64,000 nucleotides of DNA from Candidatus Krumholzibacteriota bacterium. Its GTDB lineage: Bacteria; Krumholzibacteriota; Krumholzibacteriia; Krumholzibacteriales; Krumholzibacteriaceae. Both the position numbers and the translations under genes were made by a program. Under the pieces are notes generated by a model that worked only from the letters and a program-made list of their open reading frames with translations, did not search any database and had not been told where the DNA came from. This document shows, in pieces, positions 37,968-48,047 of the stretch (its first letter is position 1; each line of letters opens with the position of its first letter). The DNA is taken from contig JAFGCX010000034.1 in NCBI GenBank assembly GCA_016932415.1, forward strand, positions 9,002-73,001. Direction: 5' to 3'.

Positions 37968-38732
37968 TTGAGATCATCCGATAAAAAGCACTGGAGTGAC
38001 TTCTGGGAGGCGTCCGGCGACGTCGCCGAAGTATACGATAACGAGGGAAGGGTAAGCAGGCATTTCTCGACAGTCGGCGACTACAAGGGCATGAGGATAC
38101 TCGAGGTCGGTGCCGGCACGGGCAGAGATGGAATATACATGGCCCGGGAGGGAGCATCCGTCGTATCTCTCGATTACAGCCTTTCAAGCCTCGGGATGAT
38201 CGGTGGACAGCTCAGCGAGGAGGATGATGTCGCGTTGTGCTGCGCCGACGCTTTCAGGCTTCCTTTCGGGGATGAGACATTCGATCTGGTCTTTCATCAG
38301 GGCCTGCTCGAGCATTTCCGTAATCCAGAAGATATGATGTCGGAACACCGCCGGGTCCTCAAAAAAGGTGGGTATATCCTCGTCGATGTTCCGCAGAGAT
38401 GGCACTACTATACCCTGATCAAACATCTTTTCATACTTATAGGGAAATGGTTTGCCGGGTGGGAAACGGAATTCTCGCCCAGGCAGCTTGAAAGGTTGCT
38501 GATCGACAATTCATTCGAGATAGTCAAGACGTACGGGGAATGGCTCAATCCACCGATCTGGTTCAGGATCCTCAGAAAGGCACTGATGCCCGCGGGGATA
38601 AAACTCCCGATGTATCCGGCGATATTCACCGCGACAAGGAGGATCTTTTCCGGTCTTCGCGGCAGGATACTCGGCACGCGCATCGCGTTGTATTTTACAG
38701 TGGTGACAGGTTCGATAGCGAGAAAGAAATAA
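37968..38732 (+). CDS. Class I SAM-dependent methyltransferase
   Basis: ILEVGAGTG, DAFRLPF.DETFD.V, GLLEHF, RVLKKGG. Confidence 0.9.
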   Translation: MRSSDKKHWSDFWEASGDVAEVYDNEGRVSRHFSTVGDYKGMRILEVGAGTGRDGIYMAREGASVVSLDYSLSSLGMIGGQLSEEDDVALCCADAFRLPFGDETFDLVFHQGLLEHFRNPEDMMSEHRRVLKKGGYILVDVPQRWHYYTLIKHLFILIGKWFAGWETEFSPRQLERLLIDNSFEIVKTYGEWLNPPIWFRILRKALMPAGIKLPMYPAIFTATRRIFSGLRGRILGTRIALYFTVVTGSIARKK

Positions 38733-38744
38733 AGAGGAGAGAAT

Positions 38745-39857
38745 GTGAGGATAGTCGCGCTAAACTGGAGAGACCTGAAGCATCCCGAAGCTGGAGGGGC
38801 GGAAGTACATCTGCACGAGATCCTGGCCCATCTGGGCCGGTGGGGTCATGACGTGGTCGAGATCACATCAGGTTTTCCAGGATCGGGCAGAGATGATGAG
38901 ATAGATGGAGTAAGGATAATCAGGGGGGGACACTGGTACGACGCAAACTTCGTCCTTCCATTGATAGCGCGCGGATATATAAGCAAAAACCAGGTAGATG
39001 TCGTCCTTGAAGATATCAACAAGCTGCCTTTTTTCATGCCGCTGTACACAAAGGTCCCCGTGGTCGGCGTGATACCTCATCTTTTCGGTACGACGGTATT
39101 CAGGGAAGCAAACTGGCTGATAGGGACATATGTGGTCATAATGGAAAAGCTCATACCGGGGATCTTCAAAAATAACAGATTTATGGTCATTAGTCCCAGC
39201 ACGGCTGATGATCTTGCCGCGCGGGGCGTCGACCGGGAAAGAATAGACGTGGTCCTGTGCGGTCTCGATCATGACAGGTACCGCGATCTTTCGCTTGAAC
39301 GATTCGACCGCCCGACGATCGTTCATCTGGGAAGGTTGAGAAAGTATAAAAGCGTCGAGGTCGCCATACGGGCGATGAAGACAATAGTAAAGAGAATACC
39401 TGACGCGAGGCTTGTCATAATAGGAGACGGCCCATACAGGCGGGAGTTGGAGAGAGAGGCCGCGAATATCGGTCTGTCCGGCGCTATCGAGTTCAGGGGA
39501 TATATGGATCCGGGCGCCCTCGTCGAGTATCTCAACAGGGCCCATCTGCTCTTCAATCCCAGTCCGAAAGAAGGTTGGGGGTTGACAGTGGTGGAAGCCA
39601 ATGCCTGCGGTCTTCCTGTCGTGGCCAGCGACAGGCCCGGTCTGAGGGACTCGGTCATCGACAGGGCGACCGGATTTCTTGTCCCCTATGCCGATTCTGA
39701 TGCTTTCGCGGGGAAAGCCCTCGAGATCCTGGAGGATGCGGCCCTATGGAAAGAAATGAGCGACAATTCCCTCAGGCGGGTCAAGGAACTGACATGGGAG
39801 CGTTGCGCCAGGGAAACCGAGAATATTCTTCTCGGTCTGACAGACAGGGATCAATAG
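38745..39857 (+). CDS. Glycosyltransferase family 4
   Basis: HP.AGGAE, GRL.KYK, EGWGLTVVEANACG.PVV. Confidence 0.93.
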   Translation: MRIVALNWRDLKHPEAGGAEVHLHEILAHLGRWGHDVVEITSGFPGSGRDDEIDGVRIIRGGHWYDANFVLPLIARGYISKNQVDVVLEDINKLPFFMPLYTKVPVVGVIPHLFGTTVFREANWLIGTYVVIMEKLIPGIFKNNRFMVISPSTADDLAARGVDRERIDVVLCGLDHDRYRDLSLERFDRPTIVHLGRLRKYKSVEVAIRAMKTIVKRIPDARLVIIGDGPYRRELEREAANIGLSGAIEFRGYMDPGALVEYLNRAHLLFNPSPKEGWGLTVVEANACGLPVVASDRPGLRDSVIDRATGFLVPYADSDAFAGKALEILEDAALWKEMSDNSLRRVKELTWERCARETENILLGLTDRDQ

Positions 39858-39869
39858 CGGGAAAGACGA

Positions 39870-40832
39870 TTGAAGTTAAAAAGATTATCATTTCAACTTT
39901 TGAAAGTGGCGGTGAGCGCCGGACTGATAATATATCTCCTGGGAAGGAAATCCCCGGGAGAACTCGCTGTCTATCTGAAGGATATAGATCCTCTTCTGAT
40001 GGTTCTCGCTGTCCTGATCTTCTTCTCAAGCAGCCTTCTTGGCGCGGTGCAGTGGCATATCCTTCTGAGGGCGGCCGGAGTGGACCTGCCTTTCGGAAAG
40101 ACTTTCCGTTTATATTTTACCGGCCTGTTTTTTAATAATTTTCTCCCCGCGAATGTCGGCGGCGACGCGGTCAAGATATTCGATGTCGTCAGGACGGGGA
40201 ACGATCCCCATAAGGTGTTTGCCGTTACCCTTCTTGACAGGGTCTTTGGAATAACCGGGTTGTGCCTGCTAGCGCTTGGTGCCTCGATATTTTTATCGGC
40301 CGGTGGTTCAGCCAGTTATGATAAAATCTATATCCTGGTCTTTCTGGCCTGTCTTGTCCCCATATTTCTTCTTGCCCTGAATAAAAGGATCTCCGGATCG
40401 TTCAGAACGATCATGGGAAAGATACAATGGTGGGGTATAGGCGAAAGGATCGACCAGGTTCTCTCTCACCTGGGGGGGCTGATAAATCTCAGATCGATGT
40501 CAATCAGACTTTTAGCGCTGACTCTCCTGATCCAGGCGCTGCGCGTCGCGACGCATATTTTTATCGGCAGATCCCTTGGAATAGATATTTCAACGATGTC
40601 AGCGATACATTTCTTTGTCTTTGTACCCCTGCTCGGCCTGATCATGATCCTGCCAGTCTCTATCAACGGACTTGGTCTGAGGGAAGGGGCGGGTGTCGTA
40701 CTTTTTATGCAGATCGGTATCGGTGAGGAACTGGCGGTACTGATGGAGTTTATAACATATGTGGTGCAGGTGGCAGTCAGCCTGCTTGGCGGTATCTTTT
40801 TTATTTTGAGAAAGAAGGCCAATAACGGATAA
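39870..40832 (+). CDS. Lysylphosphatidylglycerol-synthase TM-region (flippase-like) membrane protein
   Basis: GLFFNNFLPANVGGD, DRVFG, LPVSINGLGLRE; multi-TM. Confidence 0.85.
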   Translation: MKLKRLSFQLLKVAVSAGLIIYLLGRKSPGELAVYLKDIDPLLMVLAVLIFFSSSLLGAVQWHILLRAAGVDLPFGKTFRLYFTGLFFNNFLPANVGGDAVKIFDVVRTGNDPHKVFAVTLLDRVFGITGLCLLALGASIFLSAGGSASYDKIYILVFLACLVPIFLLALNKRISGSFRTIMGKIQWWGIGERIDQVLSHLGGLINLRSMSIRLLALTLLIQALRVATHIFIGRSLGIDISTMSAIHFFVFVPLLGLIMILPVSINGLGLREGAGVVLFMQIGIGEELAVLMEFITYVVQVAVSLLGGIFFILRKKANNG

Positions 40833-40906
40833 TGTGGAAAGGGTCCAGGATCAGTTTGCCTGCCGATCTGCCGGACCCCGGCGAGGATATCAAGAAAGGG
40901 TTTTAC

Positions 40907-43474
40907 ATGTCGGAAAAAACGATAAACAGATCGATAGCCACTTTGATCTTCATTATAAGCCTCGCAGTCTACGTGATGACGATGGCTGCCACTACATCAT
41001 TCTGGGATTCAGGCGAATTTATAGCGACTTCCTATACTCTGGGGATTCCCCATTCACCAGGGACTCCGTTATATGTCCTTGTCGGCCGCGTGTTCTGTCT
41101 TCTTCCTCTAGCCCTCTCCGCCGCGCAGAAAGTCAATCTGCTTTCAGCCGTGTCAGCCGCTCTCGGAGTGCTCATGGCTTACCTCGTCATGGTCGAGGTA
41201 GTGAGGTTCATGTACGGAAAGGGAGAGAGCGTTCTTGGAAAGTTCATCAGATTCTCGGGTCCGGTGGCTGGTTCCTTTTTTCTGACTTTTTCCGATACGT
41301 ACTGGACCAACGCTTCCGAATCGGAAGTCTATGCCCTGAGCACTTTTGTCATGGGTCTCTGCACCGTCCTCGCGCTCAGATGGCTGAGAGATCCTTCATG
41401 CGAGATGACTGCCGCTGAAAAAGATGAGATAGTCCGGTCGGCCGAAAAGGCGCAAGGAAAGAAACTTATTGATGAACTCGAAGAAAAGAAGAAAGGGCGG
41501 TCGAGGAATATAATCCTTCTCATAGTTTATCTTCTCTCTCTCGGGATAGGATTTCATCTCGGGACAGTCATGGTCTATGGCGGGATATTCCTCATGCTCG
41601 TGCTGATCAGGGAAAAAGCGTTCAGTAACTACGAACTTATTGTGTTTACATTCGGATTCGGAATCCTGATAGCCGACATGACGCTGCATAAATATTCCGG
41701 CCTGACGGCAGTCCTTCTCGTGATTTTCGCGATCATGGTGATCTGGACAACGATGTCGAAGGGCAGGTTCGCGCTCCACGCGACCATCCTTCTCATCCTC
41801 GGATTATCGGCGCATCTTTTTTTGCTGATCAGGTCTCACATGGATCCGGAACTCGACATGGTCGATCCCGAGAACTGGAGGGCTCTGTACGCGCATCTTC
41901 GAAGGGAACAGTATCCTCCCATAAACGTCATGGTTCGAAAATCTTCGATGCTGTTCCAGTTCGGACAGTTCGGCAGGTATTTCAGGGAACAGTTCCGTCT
42001 CGCGGGAGACCTGTTGCTGGGACCTTTCCACATAGGGAAAGCTTCGATCGTCGTTCCCGTGGCGCTTGGCATATACGGGATCGTCTCCAATTTCGTAAAG
42101 GAACGCAAGACCTGGATCTTGAACTTTACCAATCTTGCCATCAATACCCTCGGACTGATCATTCTGCTTAATTTCAGCGATTCAGAGCCTCGCGAGAGGG
42201 ATTATTTCTACGGTCCAGGATTTTATTTTTTCGCCATATTCATCGGTATCGGAGCATCGGCATTTTTGATGATGCTGCTAGAGCAGGTCAAGGAGACCGG
42301 CCGCGACCTCAGAAAACTGATCGTCCCGGCGGGAGTCCTGATAATACTTCTATCCCTTCTTCCAGCGGCTCACCAGTGGCACAGGCACGACCGGTCAAAT
42401 AATTATCTCGCGCGCGACTATGCCTATAACATGCTGGCAAGCCTCGAACCGGACGCGATCCTGGTCACTAACGGAGATAACGACACTTACCCTCTCTGGT
42501 ATATACAGAACGTCGAACATTTCAGGACCGACGTAAGGATTGTCAACCGGATGCTGCTTAATACCTCGTGGTACGTGAAGCAGGTCAGAGATCATATTCC
42601 CGGGGCGCCGATCACCTGGACTGACGACCAGATAGACAGCCTTCGGCCGGTACGCAGCGAACGCGACGGGGGTATAATATGGGTCTATAACAGGGTGCTC
42701 GACCACATAATAAAGACAGCAGGCTGGAAGAGGCCGATATATTTCGGTGTCACCGTTCCCCGCGAAGTCTGGGAAAGATACTCTGATTACCTCGAGATGC
42801 AGGGGATGGTAAGGAGACTCGTGCCGGTCAAGGGAAGGTATATGGTCAACGATTTAATGATGGCGCGGAATCTTGCCGATATCTACAGGTGGAAAGGTGT
42901 ACTTACCGCGGACGGGAAACATGATTATTCGATCTATAAATCGGAAGATGTCCTGACTATGTACCAGAACTATTCGGTGGCCACGATGCAGCTGGCGATG
43001 AATTGCGCCATCGCCGATGATTATCCAGGAGCTGTCAGATGGGGCGAGATGACGTTCAATATCAGTCCTTTCTTCGAATGGGGACGTAAGGAACTGGGCG
43101 TATATTATATCAGGAACGGCCAGGCTGAGAAAGCCGTTGATTATTACAAGGACAGGCTGAAGACAGATCCGGGCAATGGAGAATTCTGGGTAGGTATCGC
43201 CGCCGCCTATGAAAGCATGGGACAGATAGAGAATTCGCTGAGCATACTTCGCAGGGGTTCGGCGATGTCTCCAGATCACAAGGATATCTTCAAGCACGGT
43301 TTCCAGATGGCAGCTCTGCTTGGAAAAAGGGATGAAGCCGTTTTTTTCGTCAGTGACTGGATCGAGAGGCATCCCGACGACAGGGAGTTCAAGGCTCTTT
43401 TCGATGATATCGACCGCGTACTGATCGAAGAATTCGGATTCGGAGATGATACCGATTCAACAGGAACGCGATAG
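40907..43474 (+). CDS. DUF2723 / TMEM260-like GT-C membrane protein with TPR, copy 1
   Basis: FWDSGEF....LGIPHSPGTPLY, ASESEVY, REQYP, ERDYFY, TNGDNDTYPLWY.Q; C-terminal TPR-like helices; start aligned to copy 2 (MSEK). Confidence 0.88.
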   Translation: MSEKTINRSIATLIFIISLAVYVMTMAATTSFWDSGEFIATSYTLGIPHSPGTPLYVLVGRVFCLLPLALSAAQKVNLLSAVSAALGVLMAYLVMVEVVRFMYGKGESVLGKFIRFSGPVAGSFFLTFSDTYWTNASESEVYALSTFVMGLCTVLALRWLRDPSCEMTAAEKDEIVRSAEKAQGKKLIDELEEKKKGRSRNIILLIVYLLSLGIGFHLGTVMVYGGIFLMLVLIREKAFSNYELIVFTFGFGILIADMTLHKYSGLTAVLLVIFAIMVIWTTMSKGRFALHATILLILGLSAHLFLLIRSHMDPELDMVDPENWRALYAHLRREQYPPINVMVRKSSMLFQFGQFGRYFREQFRLAGDLLLGPFHIGKASIVVPVALGIYGIVSNFVKERKTWILNFTNLAINTLGLIILLNFSDSEPRERDYFYGPGFYFFAIFIGIGASAFLMMLLEQVKETGRDLRKLIVPAGVLIILLSLLPAAHQWHRHDRSNNYLARDYAYNMLASLEPDAILVTNGDNDTYPLWYIQNVEHFRTDVRIVNRMLLNTSWYVKQVRDHIPGAPITWTDDQIDSLRPVRSERDGGIIWVYNRVLDHIIKTAGWKRPIYFGVTVPREVWERYSDYLEMQGMVRRLVPVKGRYMVNDLMMARNLADIYRWKGVLTADGKHDYSIYKSEDVLTMYQNYSVATMQLAMNCAIADDYPGAVRWGEMTFNISPFFEWGRKELGVYYIRNGQAEKAVDYYKDRLKTDPGNGEFWVGIAAAYESMGQIENSLSILRRGSAMSPDHKDIFKHGFQMAALLGKRDEAVFFVSDWIERHPDDREFKALFDDIDRVLIEEFGFGDDTDSTGTR

Positions 43475-43580
43475 GAGAATTTTCTTCCAATCTCCCGGTA
43501 ATTATTGTTATTCTCTCGGAACGATTGTTCCTGTCGAGAAATCAGAACGTTGATGCACAGATTATGGAAAGGTGACGTAA

Positions 43581-46142
43581 ATGTCGGAGAAACTGATCCA
43601 CCGGTCGCTTGCCGTCCTGATATTCCTGATCAGCCTGACCGTTTATGTGAGGACGATGGCTGTGAGCGTATCATTCTGGGACGCTGGTGAATTTATCGCG
43701 ACCTCCTATATTCTCGGCATCCCCCACTCACCGGGGACACCTCTATACGTACTTGTCGGAAGAGTCTTCTGCCTTCTTCCCCTGGCTCTTTCCACCGCGC
43801 AGAAGGTTAATTTTCTGTCAGCACTTTCAGCGTCGCTCGGTATCCTGATGATATACCTGTCGAGCCTCTATGCGATCAGATTCATATTCGGCAAGGCGAA
43901 GACCACCGCGGGGAGGATAGCGAGATACGCTGGACCTGTGACAGGCTCGTTCTTTCTTGCTTTCAGCGATACGTACTGGACGAACGCTTCAGAAGCAGAG
44001 GTATACGCGCTGAGCGCTTTCGTCATGGGTTTTTGCACCATGCTGGCGCTTAAGTGGCTCGGATCCGCTTATGGACAGTTTGGTCCGGGAGACGGGGACG
44101 GAAGAATCGACGATGCCGCCGCAGGAAGCCTACCTCCTGGACCGGCGGAAAAAAGAAAAAACAATTCAAGGAACACGATCCTGCTGATCATCTATCTTCT
44201 TTCGCTGGGGATTGGATTTCATCTCGGCACTATCCTCGTATACGCCGGTATTTTAATAATGCTCATGATGGTGAAGGAAAAAGCGATAAGCAACGTTGAA
44301 CTCCTCATCTTCACGTTCGGGTTCGGAGTGATGGTCGCTGATATGACTGTGCACAGAAACACGACCATTACGCTGGTACTTCTGGCGATCTTCGCCGTCC
44401 TGGTCGTATGGTCGACCTTGTCAAAGGGAAGATTCGTGCTTTTCGCGACTGGTCTTTTTATCCTTGGTATTTCTGTACATCTTTTTCTGATGATCCGGTC
44501 GGGACTGAATCCTGCAATAGATGAGGTCGATCCGGAGAGCTGGAAATCGCTTTACGCCGTCCTGCGCCGGGAGCAGTATCCTCCGATGAATATTTTCGCG
44601 AGGAAGGCGCCGCTACTCTTTCAGATCGAACATTTTACATCCTATTTCGCGAAACAGTTCAAAGTCACTGGTGATTTTTTCGCCGGTCCGTTCAATCTCG
44701 GTATCCTGTCCGCGTTGATCCCCGTCGGATTAGGCATATTCGGTATCGTCGCCAACTATATCAGAGAGAAAAAAAGCTGGGCGCTGAATTTTACGAACCT
44801 GGTGATAAATTCGGCAGGCCTGATAATCTTCCTGAACTTTACAAATCATGAAGTGAGGGAGCGGGATTATTTTTACGGTGCCGCCTTCTATTTCTTCGCC
44901 ATTTTTATTGCTATCGGCGCGACAGCCGTGTTGATGCTGATGTTGGATCAGGCAAAGAAGACCCGGCAGAATCAAGCGCGGTTTGTGGTTCCCGTGGCGG
45001 CATTCCTGATCATCTGTTCGTTGCTTCCTTCTACGCACCAGTGGTACACGCACGACAGGTCGGACGATTTCATAGCGCGCGACTACGCTTATAATATTCT
45101 TTCAGGGCTCGAACCGGACGCCATCATTTTTACCAACGGGGATAACGATACATTTCCTCTATGGTATCTGCAGACGGTCGAGAATGTCAGACCTGACGTC
45201 AGGGTGGCGAACCTGAGCCTCCTGAACACGTCGTGGTACACGAAGCAGATAAGGGACCAGTACCCCACCGTGCCTCTCGATCTGTCAGACGAAGAAATAG
45301 ACAGGCTTAAGCCGATCCGCGTCCAGGACGGGATACTATGGAAGAAGGATCTGCTGGTCAATCAGATAATCAGGAATACGAACTGGGCGAGACCGATATA
45401 TTTCGCCGTCACGGTCCCTGCTGACGTCTGGGACAGGTATTCAGATAATCTTGAGATGCAGGGGATGGTAAGGAGGCTCGTGCCGACGAAAGGCAAGTAT
45501 CTGGTTAACAATATCCAGATGGCCAGGAACCTCGGCGAGATCTTCATGTTCAGAGGGATCTTTACTGAAGACGGGGAGAGGGACGATTCAGTATATAAAC
45601 CGCGTGATGTCGAAAATATGTTCATAAACTTCTCGATCGCGGCGTTCCAGCTGGCTCAGTCGAGTTCGAGAAGCGGGGATGATGAAGAGGCAGTACAGTG
45701 GGCCGAGATGTCGTACAGGTTTTCGCCTGATTTCGAATGGCCCAGGAAATATCTCGGCGTTTATTATATGAAAAACAACCAGTACGAAAAGGCGATAGAC
45801 CATTACAGGAAAGAAATAGAAAGGGATCCTCAAGGCGGAGAGTTCTGGATAAATCTCGCCGCTGTCGAGGAAGAGAGAAACCAGCCAGAAAAAGCGCTGG
45901 AAATCCTCAGGGAAGGTATGGAGAGTGCCGGTTCTTTCAGGGATATTTACGGCCAGGCGTTCAGGATTGCCGCGACTCTCGGCCGGGTCGATGAGGCAAA
46001 AGGATATATAAGGAAATGGATCGATAAATATCCTGACGACGAAGAATTCAAAGCTCTTTACGATGATATAGATATAGTCCTCTTCAACGAATTCGGTATC
46101 GGTCAAGCGCAAAGCGGCGATTCCGTGGAAGGAGAAGATTGA
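43581..46142 (+). CDS. DUF2723 / TMEM260-like GT-C membrane protein with TPR, copy 2
   Basis: FWDAGEF....LGIPHSPGTPLY, EAEVY, REQYP, VRERDYFY, TNGDNDTFPLWY.Q; collinear paralogue of copy 1. Confidence 0.88.
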   Translation: MSEKLIHRSLAVLIFLISLTVYVRTMAVSVSFWDAGEFIATSYILGIPHSPGTPLYVLVGRVFCLLPLALSTAQKVNFLSALSASLGILMIYLSSLYAIRFIFGKAKTTAGRIARYAGPVTGSFFLAFSDTYWTNASEAEVYALSAFVMGFCTMLALKWLGSAYGQFGPGDGDGRIDDAAAGSLPPGPAEKRKNNSRNTILLIIYLLSLGIGFHLGTILVYAGILIMLMMVKEKAISNVELLIFTFGFGVMVADMTVHRNTTITLVLLAIFAVLVVWSTLSKGRFVLFATGLFILGISVHLFLMIRSGLNPAIDEVDPESWKSLYAVLRREQYPPMNIFARKAPLLFQIEHFTSYFAKQFKVTGDFFAGPFNLGILSALIPVGLGIFGIVANYIREKKSWALNFTNLVINSAGLIIFLNFTNHEVRERDYFYGAAFYFFAIFIAIGATAVLMLMLDQAKKTRQNQARFVVPVAAFLIICSLLPSTHQWYTHDRSDDFIARDYAYNILSGLEPDAIIFTNGDNDTFPLWYLQTVENVRPDVRVANLSLLNTSWYTKQIRDQYPTVPLDLSDEEIDRLKPIRVQDGILWKKDLLVNQIIRNTNWARPIYFAVTVPADVWDRYSDNLEMQGMVRRLVPTKGKYLVNNIQMARNLGEIFMFRGIFTEDGERDDSVYKPRDVENMFINFSIAAFQLAQSSSRSGDDEEAVQWAEMSYRFSPDFEWPRKYLGVYYMKNNQYEKAIDHYRKEIERDPQGGEFWINLAAVEEERNQPEKALEILREGMESAGSFRDIYGQAFRIAATLGRVDEAKGYIRKWIDKYPDDEEFKALYDDIDIVLFNEFGIGQAQSGDSVEGED

Positions 46143-47101
46143 AAGGGAAAGTGGTAGTTACCGGAGCGGCGGGATTCATAGGATCCCACCTCTGTGAAAG
46201 ACTTCTCGGCGAAGGATATGAAGTGACCGGTATAGATTCGTTCACTGATTATTACGATCCGGCGAGAAAAAGGGAGAATATCAGCCATTCCCTTTCCAGA
46301 GACGGTTTTGATCTTGTCGAGGATGATTTAAACAGGTGTGACCTGCCGGCACTCTTCGATGGGGCGGCGGCTGTATTCCACCTTGCCGCCCAGGCGGGAG
46401 TCCGGAGAAGCTGGGGGAGCGAATTTTCCTTTTATATTGATTCAAATATCCTCGCTACCCAGAAGGTGCTCGAGGCTATTCGTGAGACCGGAGGCACCAG
46501 GCTCGTCTATTCCAGTTCAAGTTCAGTATACGGAGAGACGGAAGATCTCCCGATGAGCGAACAGCACCGTCTGAGACCGGTCTCTCCCTATGGAGCGACA
46601 AAGCTCTCCGGAGAAGACCTCTGCGAGCTTTACTCTTTCAATTTCGGGATCTCATTCGTCGCTCTAAGATACTTTACCGTATATGGTCCCAGGCAGAGGC
46701 CCGATATGGCTTTCAGCCGTTTTATCACGGCATCGCTCCAGGGTGGCGAGATCGAGATCTACGGTGACGGCAGGCAGACCAGGGACTTCACTTTCGTCTC
46801 AGACGCGGTCGAGGCGAATATTCTCGCTTCCAGATACGATGGAAAGGAGAAGATATTCAATATCGGGGGAGGGAGCCGAGTCTCCGTCCTCGAAGTACTT
46901 GATATTATCCGCAGGGAGACGGGAAAAGAGGTCAGTACGTTCTTCAAGGACAGAGCGAAGGGTGATGTCCTCGATACATGGGCAGATACTTCAAGAGCTC
47001 TGAATGAACTCGGATTCAAGCCTGAAGTAAAGCTTGAAGAGGGTCTGGCAAGAGAAGTCGAGTGGTACAAGGATCATATCAAAGCCCGGTCGGGGAGGTA
47101 G
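46139..47101 (+). CDS. NAD-dependent nucleotide-sugar epimerase/dehydratase (UDP-GlcA/Glc 4-epimerase-like)
   Basis: TGAAGFIGSH, HLAAQAGVR, SSSSVYG, YGATK, YGPRQRPDMA. Confidence 0.92.
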   Translation: MKGKVVVTGAAGFIGSHLCERLLGEGYEVTGIDSFTDYYDPARKRENISHSLSRDGFDLVEDDLNRCDLPALFDGAAAVFHLAAQAGVRRSWGSEFSFYIDSNILATQKVLEAIRETGGTRLVYSSSSSVYGETEDLPMSEQHRLRPVSPYGATKLSGEDLCELYSFNFGISFVALRYFTVYGPRQRPDMAFSRFITASLQGGEIEIYGDGRQTRDFTFVSDAVEANILASRYDGKEKIFNIGGGSRVSVLEVLDIIRRETGKEVSTFFKDRAKGDVLDTWADTSRALNELGFKPEVKLEEGLAREVEWYKDHIKARSGR

Positions 47102-47105
47102 GGAT

Positions 47106-48047
47106 TTGGATACTGGCAAAAAACACAATATTTCGGTCGTCATTCCTCTCTATAACGAAGAAGAAAGCATAGAAGAACTTTATTCCCGGCTTGTTTCAGT
47201 ACTCGGAAAAGTGTCGGGGGATCTCGAATTGATATTCATTGACGACGGTTCCAACGATGGCTCGTTGAATATCATCCGAAAGCTCCGTGACGGCGATACG
47301 AGGGTCAAGATAATCAGTTTCAACAGGAATTACGGGAAATCTCCCGCTCTTTCGGAAGGTTTCGAAGCGGCAAAAGGAGATATCGTCGTCACGATCGATG
47401 CTGATCTGCAGGACAATCCCGACGAGATCCCGGGAATGATCGAAAAACTCGAACTGGGGTACGACCTCATCTCGGGTTGGAAGAAAAACAGGAAAGATCC
47501 GATCACCAAGACCCTTCCTTCAAAAGTCTTCAATTTTTTCGCGGCGATGATAACCGGTATCAAGCTTCACGACATCAATTGCGGGTTGAAGGTCTACAGG
47601 CGTGAAGTGGTAAAGCGGATCGATGTATATGGAGAGTTGCACAGGGTCATCCCGGTCCTGGCCGGCTGGGAAGGCTTCCGGATCGGTGAACACCGCGTCA
47701 GCCATTTCGAAAGAAAGTATGGACGCAGCAAATACGGAATGAAAAGATTTCTAAACGGGATATTCGATCTCACGACAGTGATGTTCATAACCCGCCGGTC
47801 GACTACCCCTCTTCATTTTTTCGGAAGAATAGCGGTTTTTTTCTTCACCGTCGGCGGCCTGATAAATCTATACTTTTTCTTTCAGTGGATCTTTGGAAAA
47901 GGGCTTCACGTGCGTCCGCTTATGGTCGGTGGCCTGATCATGCTTATAATCGCGGTACAGATAGGTTCGATCGGCCTGCTTGCCGAACTCTACTCATCGA
48001 ATCTCAAACGCACCTATTCCTATCGCGAGTACCTGATAGATGATTGA
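47106..48047 (+). CDS. GT2 polyprenol-phosphate glycosyltransferase (ArnC/GtrB-like)
   Basis: VIPLYNEE, DDGSND, RNYGKS, DADLQD.P, HD.NCG.K; two C-terminal TMs. Confidence 0.88.
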   Translation: MDTGKKHNISVVIPLYNEEESIEELYSRLVSVLGKVSGDLELIFIDDGSNDGSLNIIRKLRDGDTRVKIISFNRNYGKSPALSEGFEAAKGDIVVTIDADLQDNPDEIPGMIEKLELGYDLISGWKKNRKDPITKTLPSKVFNFFAAMITGIKLHDINCGLKVYRREVVKRIDVYGELHRVIPVLAGWEGFRIGEHRVSHFERKYGRSKYGMKRFLNGIFDLTTVMFITRRSTTPLHFFGRIAVFFFTVGGLINLYFFFQWIFGKGLHVRPLMVGGLIMLIIAVQIGSIGLLAELYSSNLKRTYSYREYLIDD

